A stretch of DNA of 64,000 nucleotides from a virus (lineage: Duplodnaviria; Caudoviricetes): positions 6,121 through 70,120 of IMG/VR virus record IMGVR_UViG_3300005805_007239; one strand, written 5' to 3'. Of this stretch, positions 8,562 through 19,684 are shown one piece after another (the stretch's first letter is position 1; the number at the start of each line of letters is the position of its first letter). The translations under genes were made by a program, and so were the position numbers. Under the pieces are notes generated by a model. The model made no database searches. It saw nothing but the letters and a program-made list of their open reading frames with translations, and was not told where the DNA came from.

Positions 8562-11500
8562 TTATTCCCAAATTATATTGTTAAGTTGTGTATGAACAGG
8601 CACAACTTTATTTAATGAAGCTATTATGTTTTTCTCTATAATTTGTCTCACAGTAGTATTTGTAATGTTAGAATTTTTAATTTTTATGTTAAACATATTG
8701 GATTTTGCGCCAGGCAATCTATGTAAAAAGAATCTCTCTATTTGTTCTAAATAATATCTTTGTCCAGTAGGCACAGACCATTTTAAATCTGTGAAAGAAT
8801 TTCTTATAAATTGTTTTTGTATAGCTTTTATATCTGATTGCTCTAAAGCTTGAGAGTAAAACCTTACATCCGCTATTTTACCTTTATAATTATATACATC
8901 TAATTCTGTATACTCTGCTAAAGTTTGTTTTTTAAAGCTTGCGGTACCTATAATTAAATCTGGATTGTTTTTGTTGTTAAAAACCCTGTAAATACTAGAT
9001 GCACTACCTACATTTGTGCTTTTTACTACATTACCATCAATATAAAGTTTTAATAAATTATTATTATCTAATGTTGTTGCAAAATGATGCCAGCCCGGAG
9101 TTAAATAACTAACGTCATAGTTTAAATTAACATTTATATCTACATTATTATTTGTAACTATACTGCGCACAAAAGCTTTCACTGTTAAATCATTATCACT
9201 TTCAGCATTATAAATATATTTTCTTTGATAATCGTAACCTGTAGGGTCTCCAAATGTGCTGTTATTACTATCTTCAAGACTTGTAGTTGTAACTATATTA
9301 CCATTAGTAGAATTTATTTTAAATAAATTTTGTGTCTTAGGATCAATTACAATTCCGTAATGGACAGTGTTACCGGTTGTTTGATCTATTTCGGACACAA
9401 AAGTAATAGTTCTTAGTTTAGTATCTACAACGTCTTCTACTGCAGATGCGACTGGCGCGCTTGTTAAAAAGATATCCCAAAGAACTGTACCGTAACTATC
9501 TAATTTACAAAGATTGCGTTGAGCATATAATAACCAAATATTATTATTGTGATCACAGGCAATATATTCCCCGCTAACAGCTGAAATTATTGATGAAGAA
9601 GTACCCAAATATGGCTGTCTTGATAGTATATTATCTGCTAAAGTAAATCTAGTATTATTACTATCAACAACACTATTGCCTATAGACCCATTAAAATAAT
9701 AAGGCGTACCACTTAAATCTACGCCATAATTATTGTATCCAGCCTGAGTTCCACTTATAGTACCGGTAGTGGAAAAAGTACCATCTGTATTATATTTGTG
9801 CCAAACAAACGAAGAAGATGTAGGTTTTGCAAAAACTAATATTTGTTTTTTGTCGTTTTGTTTTATTAAATTAGCTCCAAAAATATCTCCTGAAATAGAT
9901 ATATTGTACGAATTTGTAATTAAATCATCTTGATCGTAAACAAGAATTTGCTTGTCTTGTGTTACTATATAATAGCTTGCATCATATTCCGCTTTCAATA
10001 TATAATTTTTTTCAGATAAACTTGCAGGAGTTGTTTTTATTGTGAATAAATTTGTGTTTGTTGTAATTATACTATTTCGTGCTATACTCAAAAATGGAGT
10101 TAATAAAGTATTATTTTTTCCTATACCTATACCACCATTATAATAATTACCTACAATTTGACTGCCTCGTATATTACTCCAATTAGTATTATATGCGTAT
10201 ACCGCTAGAGTAATTCCTGGGTTGTTTAATTGAAGATCTGAATATTGTGCCACTCCATAACAATTACTTGTATCAATTGATTCCTGAGTAGTGTTTTGAG
10301 AGATCTCTACCGCGCTTGTAGAAAAATTTTTAATAAAGCCTGAGTCTGTATTGTTAGCTTCATTTACAAGAGTTTCTGTCCAGTTTTTATAAAAATAAAC
10401 TAAAGAAGAAGAAAGTGCATCAACAACAGTAGTGTTATCTTCTGGGCCTATACGGTGATATATATACAGGCTCTCAGGGTTAAAGGTTTGTGTAGAAGGT
10501 GTATCCCAAATTAAGTTCGGTCGGTTGTTTGCTGCACTAGTTACAGCTGTAGAAGTTAAAACACTCGTCAAATTAATACGAGTCGGGTCGTAGTATCTAT
10601 CCATCCATACTGCTTCACCGCTTACCGGCGCTGCAGATAGCCAGGAACAAAAGTAAACGCCATTCTGCACCCCAGGATTGTTACCCCAATTAGTATATTT
10701 TCTATAACCAGCTTTTTTAACAAATAAACGATCAGATCGATACGGTGAAGAGCCTCCTAATGCGCCAGTTTTTACAAGTGTCGAAGCCGATAGCGCTAGA
10801 GAAGTAGCGCTTACTGGAAAATGAAAATACGTATCTCTATCTTTTACAAATACTTTTGCAATCTCTGATCCTTTATAGCTTAAATAAATCTTATCATTAC
10901 CATCAGTTGTATTTAAGCCTGTATATAATTTATTATAGGCTCTTAATTGAGTGCTTAAAGTAGGTGTTTGTATACCTTCTGGAGAGTAGTAATTCTTAAG
11001 AGGTGTTATGTTAACATTAGCATAATCTATTGTACTATCTAATGTAGTGTAAGGAGTAGAAATTAAGTAGTTGCTACTAAGCGCTCTTGTGGCTGTGCTT
11101 ATTGTTAAATCATTTGGAGTAGTAACGTATTTTGCTAAATTTGATTCTGCTTTATTAGGTATAGTATTATAATAAAAACGATTTAAGTAGAAAGTTTGTA
11201 CAGAACTAAAATTAGTATCTGAATAAGGTACTAACCCAACAGTGTTAATACCGGTATAAACATTAAATAAAGTGCTATAGTTAGTGAAAATAACTGCTTT
11301 ATCCTTAAAAAGAGCAACATTAAACTGTTGTGTTGCAGCCCCGGTGTATGTCTGAACACCTAAAGTAGTACTACCCGTTCTAGTAACGCACAAATTGCTA
11401 TCAACATTAGTAAAGAAAACAGTACCACTAGAAGTTTGATCTAAAGTAAAAACAGTAGCGCCAGATATATTACTAGTATAAGTTATATTTGTACTGGATA

Positions 11501-11786
11501 CAGCAAGATATAGCGGAGTACTACCAGATAAAAACGAAATAGTAGTATTAGTTATTACATTAGTTCTATCTACTTCTATGTAGTCAGCGACTTTATCGTT
11601 TAAATTAAAATTATCTGTGAGAAATAATAAGTTGTCTTGGTTAGCAGCAAAATCTTTTGCACCGGATAATACACCAGTTATATTAATATACGCCCCGTCT
11701 ACCGTGTAAAACGTAGTGCTGTCTATAGTTACATTTTGATCATAACCATATTGCAAACTAACCGGAGAAGGGCTGACAATTGCCAT
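8562..11786 (-). CDS. Baseplate-like structural protein with a C-terminal LamG (ConA-like) domain
   Basis: 1074 aa. GWHHFATTLD...LKLYIDG...YKGKIADVRFYSQALEQSDI is a LamG signature. The central region is propeller-like. Tail-operon context. Confidence 0.6.
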   Translation of the reverse strand: MAIVSPSPVSLQYGYDQNVTIDSTTFYTVDGAYINITGVLSGAKDFAANQDNLLFLTDNFNLNDKVADYIEVDRTNVITNTTISFLSGSTPLYLAVSSTNITYTSNISGATVFTLDQTSSGTVFFTNVDSNLCVTRTGSTTLGVQTYTGAATQQFNVALFKDKAVIFTNYSTLFNVYTGINTVGLVPYSDTNFSSVQTFYLNRFYYNTIPNKAESNLAKYVTTPNDLTISTATRALSSNYLISTPYTTLDSTIDYANVNITPLKNYYSPEGIQTPTLSTQLRAYNKLYTGLNTTDGNDKIYLSYKGSEIAKVFVKDRDTYFHFPVSATSLALSASTLVKTGALGGSSPYRSDRLFVKKAGYRKYTNWGNNPGVQNGVYFCSWLSAAPVSGEAVWMDRYYDPTRINLTSVLTSTAVTSAANNRPNLIWDTPSTQTFNPESLYIYHRIGPEDNTTVVDALSSSLVYFYKNWTETLVNEANNTDSGFIKNFSTSAVEISQNTTQESIDTSNCYGVAQYSDLQLNNPGITLAVYAYNTNWSNIRGSQIVGNYYNGGIGIGKNNTLLTPFLSIARNSIITTNTNLFTIKTTPASLSEKNYILKAEYDASYYIVTQDKQILVYDQDDLITNSYNISISGDIFGANLIKQNDKKQILVFAKPTSSSFVWHKYNTDGTFSTTGTISGTQAGYNNYGVDLSGTPYYFNGSIGNSVVDSNNTRFTLADNILSRQPYLGTSSSIISAVSGEYIACDHNNNIWLLYAQRNLCKLDSYGTVLWDIFLTSAPVASAVEDVVDTKLRTITFVSEIDQTTGNTVHYGIVIDPKTQNLFKINSTNGNIVTTTSLEDSNNSTFGDPTGYDYQRKYIYNAESDNDLTVKAFVRSIVTNNNVDINVNLNYDVSYLTPGWHHFATTLDNNNLLKLYIDGNVVKSTNVGSASSIYRVFNNKNNPDLIIGTASFKKQTLAEYTELDVYNYKGKIADVRFYSQALEQSDIKAIQKQFIRNSFTDLKWSVPTGQRYYLEQIERFFLHRLPGAKSNMFNIKIKNSNITNTTVRQIIEKNIIASLNKVVPVHTQLNNIIWE

Positions 11787-11791
11787 GAAAA

Positions 11792-11797
11792 TACTTA
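11792..11797 (-). promoter_or_regulatory. TAAGTA late-promoter-like motif
   Basis: 5 nt upstream of ATG 11786. Same motif class recurs before many genes. Confidence 0.5.
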
Positions 11798-11816
11798 GGA
11801 TTAGATAGCAAATAGT

Positions 11817-12017
11817 CTAATCAGCCGCAGAAGAAATATTAATTGTTCCTACAAATGAAGTTAATTCAAAATCAGTTAAATCCGTTATAGTCCCTATAGC
11901 TAGAATATTATCAGAATGAATAACTACTCCTTTTGTGAGGTTTTCTGTTACCATCCATAGTATTTGCTGTTTATTTGAGTTCTCCCATTTTACAATCTGG
12001 CCCTGCTTTAAATTCAT
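11817..12017 (-). CDS. Hypothetical protein
   Basis: 66-aa ORF with ATGA overlap with the upstream GT2 gene. Confidence 0.55.
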   Translation of the reverse strand: MNLKQGQIVKWENSNKQQILWMVTENLTKGVVIHSDNILAIGTITDLTDFELTSFVGTINISSAAD

Positions 12018-12862
12018 AGTATAGTTGTTTTAGCTTTTTCAAGAATATTCTTTATTACTGGTTCTGGAATTTTTTGTTTAAAGGCATCTACTATACTCAG
12101 TATAAATTCGTGATTAGGATCTTTTAATATTTCTAGCCAACCTACAAAATAGTTCCAAATACGGTCTTCAAGTATATTAGGATATGGTACCCCATTAGGC
12201 CTTCCAAATCTATGATTCCATTTTAATTGTGGTAAACAAATACATTTACCTCCGTTTCTCCTAAATTTTTCATGTATATAGCCCTCTTCCCCACCGAATC
12301 CTTTAAAATTTGGATTAAATCCTGGCCAAGCAGTAGTACGACATGAAAATAAACCTAATCCCATTAATGGTATTTTAAATGGCTCTCCTTTTTCATATTT
12401 TTCTTTATTAGTAGCCCATATACCAAACATAATATCTCGCCAGACTGGATCAAAGTGAGTAGAGTATGATTTCAAATCGTCATACCAAAGAGGTCCCTGT
12501 ACTAAATTATTAGTTTCAGGGTCATTTTCGTAATATTTGAGTAGAGACTGTATACCATCTTTTTCAATCAGCACATGAGGATCCAAACAGAGGGTATATT
12601 TGCCTGATGCGTTTCTAAAAATTTCATTACGTATAGAAGTGCTTTTTTTAGCAGTATACGGTATATATTTTTCTTTTGCCCAGTTAACTATAAAATTTTT
12701 TGTTTCTTTTCCATGCGCACTATCAGGATTATTATCTATCACAACAATTTCTGCATTATTTTTTAATTCTGCTAAGTGGTACATTTTTAATGCCTGTACT
12801 GTAAAGAATACACCGTCATAATCATCGTACACAGCCATACCAATAGTTAATTTTTTAGACAT
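12014..12862 (-). CDS. Glycosyltransferase family 2 (GT-A fold)
   Basis: LTIGMAVYD...EIVVIDNNP...SIRNEIFRNASGKYTLCLDPH (DxH/DxD position)...FNPNFKGFGGEEGYIHEKFRRNGG...WNHR. Typical GT2 order of motifs. Confidence 0.85.
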   Translation of the reverse strand: MSKKLTIGMAVYDDYDGVFFTVQALKMYHLAELKNNAEIVVIDNNPDSAHGKETKNFIVNWAKEKYIPYTAKKSTSIRNEIFRNASGKYTLCLDPHVLIEKDGIQSLLKYYENDPETNNLVQGPLWYDDLKSYSTHFDPVWRDIMFGIWATNKEKYEKGEPFKIPLMGLGLFSCRTTAWPGFNPNFKGFGGEEGYIHEKFRRNGGKCICLPQLKWNHRFGRPNGVPYPNILEDRIWNYFVGWLEILKDPNHEFILSIVDAFKQKIPEPVIKNILEKAKTTIL

Positions 12863-12901
12863 ACTATAATTTATACGCTAAATTATTTTATGCAAATAAT
12901 A

Positions 12902-15900
12902 CTATTCAGCTATAAAAATAGCACTTACCGAAACATTACCATTAGCGGTTACTATAACCGGGTTTGCAGTACTACTATCTAGAGTTGAAGGATGTGCAGG
13001 GTCATCATCAGAAACAATTTCCCAGTTATTAAATATATAGCCTGGATCAGCTGTAGCTGAAAGCTCGGCTGTAGTTTCGATTTCTATAGTACCACCTCCA
13101 GTTACTGTACCGTTAATTTCGCTTAATCCTGTAACAGTTACATCTCTCTTGGCAAAATTAGCCGTAATGGTCTGATTTCCAGCTACCATTACTATACGAG
13201 TCGTAATAGTCGTACTTGTATAGGGAGGATCTACAAAAGAATGCGCCCAATCCCAATTGACAAATTCATAATTCCAATCCGGGTCAGCAGTAATGTCACT
13301 ACTTTCATCTCCTACAGGTACATTTTGTGTACTTCCTGCAGTACCTCCGGTATTATATGCAACTGTTAATAGTGGGGCCGGGGTAGTTGTAGTAGTCGTT
13401 GTTGTGGTAGTCGTTGTTGTAGAAGTAAAATTAGCTGTAATAGTCTGAGGACCAGCTACCATTATTATACGAGTCGTAATAGATGTGCTTGTATATGAGG
13501 TTGCAAAGGTATGATCCCAGTTCCAGCTATCAAAAATATACCCCTCATCGGCAACAGCTGTAATATCTGTACTTTCATCTCCTACTGGTACATTTTGAGT
13601 AGGGCTTGCTGTACCACCAGTACCGGCTGCAACTGTTAATAATGGAGCCGGGGTAGTTGTCGTAGTAGTTGTTGTAGTAGTAGTAGTTGTAGTAGTTGTA
13701 GTAGTAGTTACAAATACATTAAAGCTGAGTGAAGTACCAGAGATTTCTGGATGGGCAGACATTGCAACTACTGCATACCATTCACCTTCTACGTCAGTAG
13801 CTGAAGCATAAACCGGGCTCCAGATAACTTGATATGTATCTCCAAGCTTGATTTCTGTTACATTACCTGATAGTGCGCCTGGCAGGTTAGCAATATTTCC
13901 GTCTCTGTACCAGGTAAATACCGGTAATTCTTCATCTTGGTAAGAGGTATAGTCTGCTATAACTTTTAATCCTGCTAATGTGTTATCTGCTAGGTAAACC
14001 GTACCCGTTACATCATTCCATCCATCTTGATAATACTGTACTGCAGAAGTAGCAGAGACAGATAAGGTCGGTGGCGGTGTCGTGGTAGTAGTTACAAATA
14101 CATTAAACTTGGTTGAAGTTTCAGAAATTAACGGGTGAGCAGACATTGCAGCCACTACATACCATTCCCCTTCAACATCGGTAGCTGAAGCATAGACTGG
14201 GTACCAAATAACCTGATAAGTGTCGCCAAGTTTACTTAGCGTTACATTACCTGATAGAGCCCCTGGTGGGTTAGCAATATTATCATTTCTATACCAAGTA
14301 AATACTGGTAATTCTTCATCTAGATAAGAAGTATAATTTACTATAGCTCGTAACCCTGCTAGTGTATCATCTGCCAGGTAGACATTGCTTCCTTCACCTC
14401 CTACATTATTCCATCCATCTTGGTAATATTCTACAGCAGAAATAGATAAGGTAGGCGCAGGAGTAGTGGTTGATGTTGTGGTAGTGTTATATACAAAAAC
14501 TGACCAGCCAAAATTTACGTCGTCTTGTGGATCTGTTAAACCAGCTACATTAGAGAGTTGGGCAGTGTAGTAAAAACGTGTTCCAGAGCCTTCTGCCATT
14601 CCTGTTCCTTTATATGCAGAAATTTCACTATTCCAAATAGCATAAGTAGTACCTGTTGCTGCTGCTCCTGCTGTTACATAAGTACCACCGTCCCAATTAT
14701 ACCATTGATATTTTACGGGCGTAGTTCCATCGTGACCTACAATTTCTATGTTTATATTAGTACCTGATAGTATTGGGTCAGCTGATGCAGGCCTACTAGG
14801 ACTGTTATCCCAAGGTGTAAAATCTACATAAGAAGGTAAGACAGGCCCGTTAAAAACAAGACCCCATTCAAATTTAGGAGATGTGCCGTATTGATTGAAT
14901 AGCTCTACAGCATATTTGTATGCGCTTACACCTGGTGTTCCTGTAGCGCTACCTGTACCTGGCGGATATGTGTTACCGAGATAATATGCAGACGTTGACG
15001 CTGTTTGACCAGTTGCTTGTACATAACTGGTACCGTCCCGGTTGTACCATTGATATGCTGTTACAGGGGCTGCAGCAGTATAACTGATTACATCAACCTG
15101 CATATTATCGGTATAATTAAATGTAGTACCTGATGGTGGGTTAAATGTTACGCTTTTAGCGGTGCCTTTTTCTAAATTAAATCCCCATTCTAATATTTGA
15201 GATGTACCGCCTAAATTAGTTAACTGTACGCCGTAATAATACGTGCTAACAGGGGGGCTTACTGTATTGTCTACATCAGGATCGCCTGGCGGGTAGCCAG
15301 TACCTAAATTATAAGCCGATACAGCCGAACCAGCCGGGGCGCTAGTAGGATTCCATGCACTAGCTACCCAATTATACCATTTATAATTTGATACTGGAGA
15401 GCAACCATCATGACCGGTTACTGTTACAGAAAGAGAACTACCTAAATAATAAGTACCCCCAGAGGCTGGACTAAACTGCGCTTCGCTAACAATACCTGGG
15501 GTTAAATTAACCCGCCATTCAAATATTGGTGATTGTCCAATTGCATTAGTTAATTGTACACCATAATAATATGTGCTTACCCCTGGAGTGAGTAGATCAA
15601 TATCGGGATTACCTGGAGGGTAACCGGTTCCTAGATTATAAGATGACACTGTAGCACCAGATACAGCATTATTCGGTACCCAAGCGCTTAATATCCAGTC
15701 ATACCATTGATAATTAGTAATAGGTGCAGTCCCACTAAAACCAGTCACCGTTACAGAAAGAGAATTACCTAAGCAATATGTACCATTAGAAGCCGGGCTA
15801 TAAAATACTTCTGTTACAGTACCGGCTGGTAAAAATACCGCACTTAAATTAAAACTACTAGGCGGAAATGAAAATACCAACGGATTGCCGCTAATAGGTG

Positions 15901-16450
15901 AAGATATATTTGTATCGTAACCACTGACCCAGTAACCGAATACTGAACCGGTATTTGCTCCGGCAGATACTTGTACGAGATTGGTATAGTTGTAAGGTCC
16001 TATATTTTCTGCAGATACTGGATCCGTTACACCACTACCAGGTCCTGCATAGTATAAATTATAGTAGAGATCGACAAGTGTATATATAGCAGATACGCTT
16101 GTTGTACCTGAATTTTGTATTGTTATGGTAAGTCCGTCTATGGTAGCGCCTTTATCAGCAGTTAAACTACTAAATTGATACCCAGCGCTAGTAGCCGTAA
16201 GTAGAGTAAATTGAAAACCTATACCAGATGCAGAGCCACTGGTAGTACCGTTATCCCTAGAAGTATAACCACCAGAAACTGGCACAGAAACAATACTATA
16301 ATTATAATTTACTCCGCCCGGCCAGAACTGCTCCCAGCTACCATCTTTTTTAACATAACCTTCAGTAATAGTTCTCCAAGAGTTACTGTGTTTAGTATAA
16401 AACTCAATAACTTCTTTCCAAGCACCGCTTACTTTAGTATAGATACTCAT
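12902..16450 (-). CDS. Modular tail-associated adhesin: KxxGxW N-terminal repeats, Ig-like repeats, duplicated domains, InlB-B-repeat-like units and poly-Thr linkers
   Basis: N-terminus TKVSGAWK..TKHSNSWR..VKKDGSWE. About four related 110-aa units (PITNYQWY / PVSNYKWY / PVTAYQWY / PVKYQWY), two near-identical 120-aa units, and GGT....ITA.AD.GY.F..W units separated by Thr runs. Confidence 0.7.
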   Translation of the reverse strand: MSIYTKVSGAWKEVIEFYTKHSNSWRTITEGYVKKDGSWEQFWPGGVNYNYSIVSVPVSGGYTSRDNGTTSGSASGIGFQFTLLTATSAGYQFSSLTADKGATIDGLTITIQNSGTTSVSAIYTLVDLYYNLYYAGPGSGVTDPVSAENIGPYNYTNLVQVSAGANTGSVFGYWVSGYDTNISSPISGNPLVFSFPPSSFNLSAVFLPAGTVTEVFYSPASNGTYCLGNSLSVTVTGFSGTAPITNYQWYDWILSAWVPNNAVSGATVSSYNLGTGYPPGNPDIDLLTPGVSTYYYGVQLTNAIGQSPIFEWRVNLTPGIVSEAQFSPASGGTYYLGSSLSVTVTGHDGCSPVSNYKWYNWVASAWNPTSAPAGSAVSAYNLGTGYPPGDPDVDNTVSPPVSTYYYGVQLTNLGGTSQILEWGFNLEKGTAKSVTFNPPSGTTFNYTDNMQVDVISYTAAAPVTAYQWYNRDGTSYVQATGQTASTSAYYLGNTYPPGTGSATGTPGVSAYKYAVELFNQYGTSPKFEWGLVFNGPVLPSYVDFTPWDNSPSRPASADPILSGTNINIEIVGHDGTTPVKYQWYNWDGGTYVTAGAAATGTTYAIWNSEISAYKGTGMAEGSGTRFYYTAQLSNVAGLTDPQDDVNFGWSVFVYNTTTTSTTTPAPTLSISAVEYYQDGWNNVGGEGSNVYLADDTLAGLRAIVNYTSYLDEELPVFTWYRNDNIANPPGALSGNVTLSKLGDTYQVIWYPVYASATDVEGEWYVVAAMSAHPLISETSTKFNVFVTTTTTPPPTLSVSATSAVQYYQDGWNDVTGTVYLADNTLAGLKVIADYTSYQDEELPVFTWYRDGNIANLPGALSGNVTEIKLGDTYQVIWSPVYASATDVEGEWYAVVAMSAHPEISGTSLSFNVFVTTTTTTTTTTTTTTTTTTTPAPLLTVAAGTGGTASPTQNVPVGDESTDITAVADEGYIFDSWNWDHTFATSYTSTSITTRIIMVAGPQTITANFTSTTTTTTTTTTTTTPAPLLTVAYNTGGTAGSTQNVPVGDESSDITADPDWNYEFVNWDWAHSFVDPPYTSTTITTRIVMVAGNQTITANFAKRDVTVTGLSEINGTVTGGGTIEIETTAELSATADPGYIFNNWEIVSDDDPAHPSTLDSSTANPVIVTANGNVSVSAIFIAE

Positions 16451-16456
16451 TCAGTA

Positions 16457-19400
16457 TTATGAATATACTAAGTAAATGTCCCCGTTATTTCCAGTACCTG
16501 AACCCGGTATACCAGGAGTATCTGTTACTGTGCGTTCGCCTTCTCCGTTAGTACCCATTCTTACAGATCTAGAACCATTATAATACCCTAAGAAACCTTC
16601 AGGGATTGGATCTCCTACACCATATGCGCTTATAACAGGCGATTGTACTCTACTTTGAGCATAAATTACACCTGTGTCTGCGTTTCCATCACTTGTACTT
16701 GCACCGAATGGCTCAGCAGACCATCCAACACCAAGATTACCTCTTGCCCATAATGAACCAGCTTGTTCGTTATATGCTGCAGATAAAGTGGTTACTAAAT
16801 ACTGTTCTCGAGATATAATTACACGGCCGGTATTTTCTATAAGCATTCTCTGTACGCCGAGCACTGAATCAGGTGTACTTGGGCCTGTACTTACAGATCT
16901 TGAATTATTTGTAAGAAAAGCTATAGAACCTCCTGCACCGTCTCCGGATTGTAATACAAGCTGTCCGCCAGAACCAATACCGGAAAAATTATTACCTATT
17001 AAGTCTATTTGAGCGCCATATTGCGCTCCGTTACCGGTACCACCTGTAATAGTAAAAGAGCCAGATGTGCTAAAATAACGTAAACCTAAACCAGATGTTA
17101 CTGTAATACCATCAGCTGTCTGTACGCCTTTAACCTGTACAGTATTAGTGATATCGCTGTATTTCAGCCAACTATCACTCGAGCCCACGCTAAAGAATGC
17201 CCGCGGCGCGTATGGTGGTGCTGCGTTAAGCCCGCTAACACCTAACCAAAATCCAGTTTTATTGTCATCATCTGGGCCGGTTTTATTTAAATAAACAGTA
17301 CCACTTGTTTCTAAGTTATTTGTAGCGCCATTAAGTACAAGTTCACTACCTGTCCATTTCATACTTCTACCATTTGGACTTACCAGAGACATTTTATATA
17401 CACCAGTAGTAGAATTACCGGCGCGCCCAAGCCAGATACCATTACCTTCATACGAGGAGGTATTCATACCAATATACATATCTGTTCCAGAAGAACCACT
17501 GTACATTAAAATACCGCTATTACCATAGGAAAGACTTAAAAATTCTCCATCCCAAACTAAATTGTTAGAGGTACTGCCTATTCTAAACTTAGCTTTATTA
17601 TCACTATCCATGCCTATCCAGAAACCGTCTTGCGGGCTTGCGGTAGGAATCCAATCACTTGTACCATAGCTCCTTATTACGCCACGATCAACATTATAAT
17701 CTGGTCTAACTTGATATCCCATTACAAGGGTCTTTAAAATAGTTGCATCTTCAGCAAGCAATAGCCCAGTTGCTACACTTGAAAACTGCTCCCCAAAAAG
17801 AGCCCAGCCACTAGCAGCTCCTGGTGTACCTAGGGTCGAGCCTAAACCACTAGTTACCGCTAAATAATAGCTACCAGCTGAGGCTGGGTATACAACAGCG
17901 TCAGCTCGAGTAGATGTTCTAAAATAAGATGTACCGGTATCATAAACACCTCTATAAACTATACCCGGTCCGACATCGCCAACAGGGCCAGCTTTTGATT
18001 TTGTTACGGAGAATACTTGTTCAAAACTGACCGGCGATCCCCCTACCGGGGAATACGTCGCAGTAAGTATTGTAGAACCTGTATTTAAAGAAGGATCAAA
18101 AGCAGTTAATACATAATAGCTTGCATTAGCATTAGGGTAATTTAGTACAGAAACCCCCATACCAGTAGTAGTACTTTTTATACCGTATACTACATATTGA
18201 TTGTTTACAAGGTTTGAACCTTGGTATATTCTAAAATAACCATTACCGGCTGATAAAGGCGTATTAACCGCCCCAGTACTATCAGCGCCTATAGTATGGT
18301 TTTGATTGGTTAAAAACGAAGTAAACCCCTGGCCGCCCGACGTAACTTTTACAATTCGTACTGAGTCAGATAAATTTGATTCAATATGAGTAGCGCTTAC
18401 TACAAAAGATGAAACCTCTTTACCGGGTGTTAATGCGCTAGCGAACTTAGTTACAGTAAGAAAGTTAGTAAGGGTAGAGCCTGTCGGGATACCTAATAAA
18501 TCTTTACCGTTAGTATTAAACGTACCATCAGTGTAATACTGTATACCATACCATTCTGGAAACCCTGTTAAAACAGATAAAACAGCTTGAAAATTTGCAG
18601 TCTGAGAAGACGGTGTCGGGGTACCTGTATTGTCAAAACTAAATACTTGAGTGTCTGCATTTAAAAATACTGCTTGCGCGCTGCCGGCCGGGCCGGTCAC
18701 GCCTTGTCTAGATTTAGAAAGCGTAACAACACGGTCAATATTTTGACCAAAGACCTGCGCTCTAAATATAGCTGAGGCCCCAATAACATTAGGGTCGATA
18801 CTGTTAAGAGCGTATATACCAGTATTTTCCCCTATAGTGAAATTTACTGTAGTAATACCCCCTGCAGAGACTGGAGTAATTAAACTCGTAGCGCCGTTGT
18901 TAACTACGCTGTATATTACCCCTGTAGTTACTTCGTTTAAGCCATAAAATACCTGAAATAAACCGGTAGCTTTAGCCTGTTCTCCTGGCCCTAAAACACC
19001 ATCTTGTTGAGAAGCTAATACTATAGCGGGGTTAGTTAAATACCCCTGTAACGCATTTGTAGCATCTTGCAGTCTGGTAATAGTGGTAATATCGTAATAT
19101 GTATCTGTACCGGAAACAAGACTTGCAGTTACTACACATGAAAAAGCTGAACCAAATTGAGTGTTCGTTATTGTACGGCTATTACCTGAACCTCCAAAAC
19201 TACCAGGAGCTATGGTACCTATTAAAGAGTTATTAATATTATATAGCTGACCGTTAAAAGTAGCTGTGCCTGTTAAATTCTGCAGTACTGCATTTAAAGT
19301 TATAGAGGTAGGCGCAAACGGCGTTGCTGTTAGAGATATTGCTCCGGTAGTAGGATTACTACTAGCTTGAAATACATAGCTTGACGCTACTAACTGTAGC

Positions 19401-19663
19401 CCATAAGCTGTTCTACCGTCTCCGCCTGCTCCACCTGAAGGGCCTACTGTACTAGTACCAGAAACGCCAGAGAATCCTGAAAACCCAGAATAACCAGAAT
19501 AACCACCGCCACCTAGACCATTACTCTGCAACCAAGCTAGAGTCTGACTTAATGTCATTTTGTAAGTTTTTGGATCGGTAGTAGTTTTAGCAACTGGTAT
19601 ACTTGTACTGCCGGTTATTGTACCTGCTGGAATTGACGGAAGTTGTGGAATCTTGATAGGCAT
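16457..19663 (-). CDS. Tail fibre / host-specificity-like protein
   Basis: 1068 aa. N-terminus IKIPQLP...IPV....TYKMTLSQ is typical of T4-like fibre N-termini. It has a short GYSGYSGFS tract, short collagen-like GxxGxx spacers, repeated GFWIG/GIWLG/GFWLG beta units, and a C-terminal SGTGNNGDIYLVYS. Confidence 0.6.
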   Translation of the reverse strand: MPIKIPQLPSIPAGTITGSTSIPVAKTTTDPKTYKMTLSQTLAWLQSNGLGGGGYSGYSGFSGFSGVSGTSTVGPSGGAGGDGRTAYGLQLVASSYVFQASSNPTTGAISLTATPFAPTSITLNAVLQNLTGTATFNGQLYNINNSLIGTIAPGSFGGSGNSRTITNTQFGSAFSCVVTASLVSGTDTYYDITTITRLQDATNALQGYLTNPAIVLASQQDGVLGPGEQAKATGLFQVFYGLNEVTTGVIYSVVNNGATSLITPVSAGGITTVNFTIGENTGIYALNSIDPNVIGASAIFRAQVFGQNIDRVVTLSKSRQGVTGPAGSAQAVFLNADTQVFSFDNTGTPTPSSQTANFQAVLSVLTGFPEWYGIQYYTDGTFNTNGKDLLGIPTGSTLTNFLTVTKFASALTPGKEVSSFVVSATHIESNLSDSVRIVKVTSGGQGFTSFLTNQNHTIGADSTGAVNTPLSAGNGYFRIYQGSNLVNNQYVVYGIKSTTTGMGVSVLNYPNANASYYVLTAFDPSLNTGSTILTATYSPVGGSPVSFEQVFSVTKSKAGPVGDVGPGIVYRGVYDTGTSYFRTSTRADAVVYPASAGSYYLAVTSGLGSTLGTPGAASGWALFGEQFSSVATGLLLAEDATILKTLVMGYQVRPDYNVDRGVIRSYGTSDWIPTASPQDGFWIGMDSDNKAKFRIGSTSNNLVWDGEFLSLSYGNSGILMYSGSSGTDMYIGMNTSSYEGNGIWLGRAGNSTTGVYKMSLVSPNGRSMKWTGSELVLNGATNNLETSGTVYLNKTGPDDDNKTGFWLGVSGLNAAPPYAPRAFFSVGSSDSWLKYSDITNTVQVKGVQTADGITVTSGLGLRYFSTSGSFTITGGTGNGAQYGAQIDLIGNNFSGIGSGGQLVLQSGDGAGGSIAFLTNNSRSVSTGPSTPDSVLGVQRMLIENTGRVIISREQYLVTTLSAAYNEQAGSLWARGNLGVGWSAEPFGASTSDGNADTGVIYAQSRVQSPVISAYGVGDPIPEGFLGYYNGSRSVRMGTNGEGERTVTDTPGIPGSGTGNNGDIYLVYS

Positions 19664-19676
19664 TTTAGTATACTAT

Positions 19677-19684
19677 TATTTATA
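19677..19684 (-). promoter_or_regulatory. TATAAATA, T4 late-promoter consensus
   Basis: Exact consensus directly after the stop of 19685-20218 and 13 nt upstream of ATG 19663. Confidence 0.6.
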
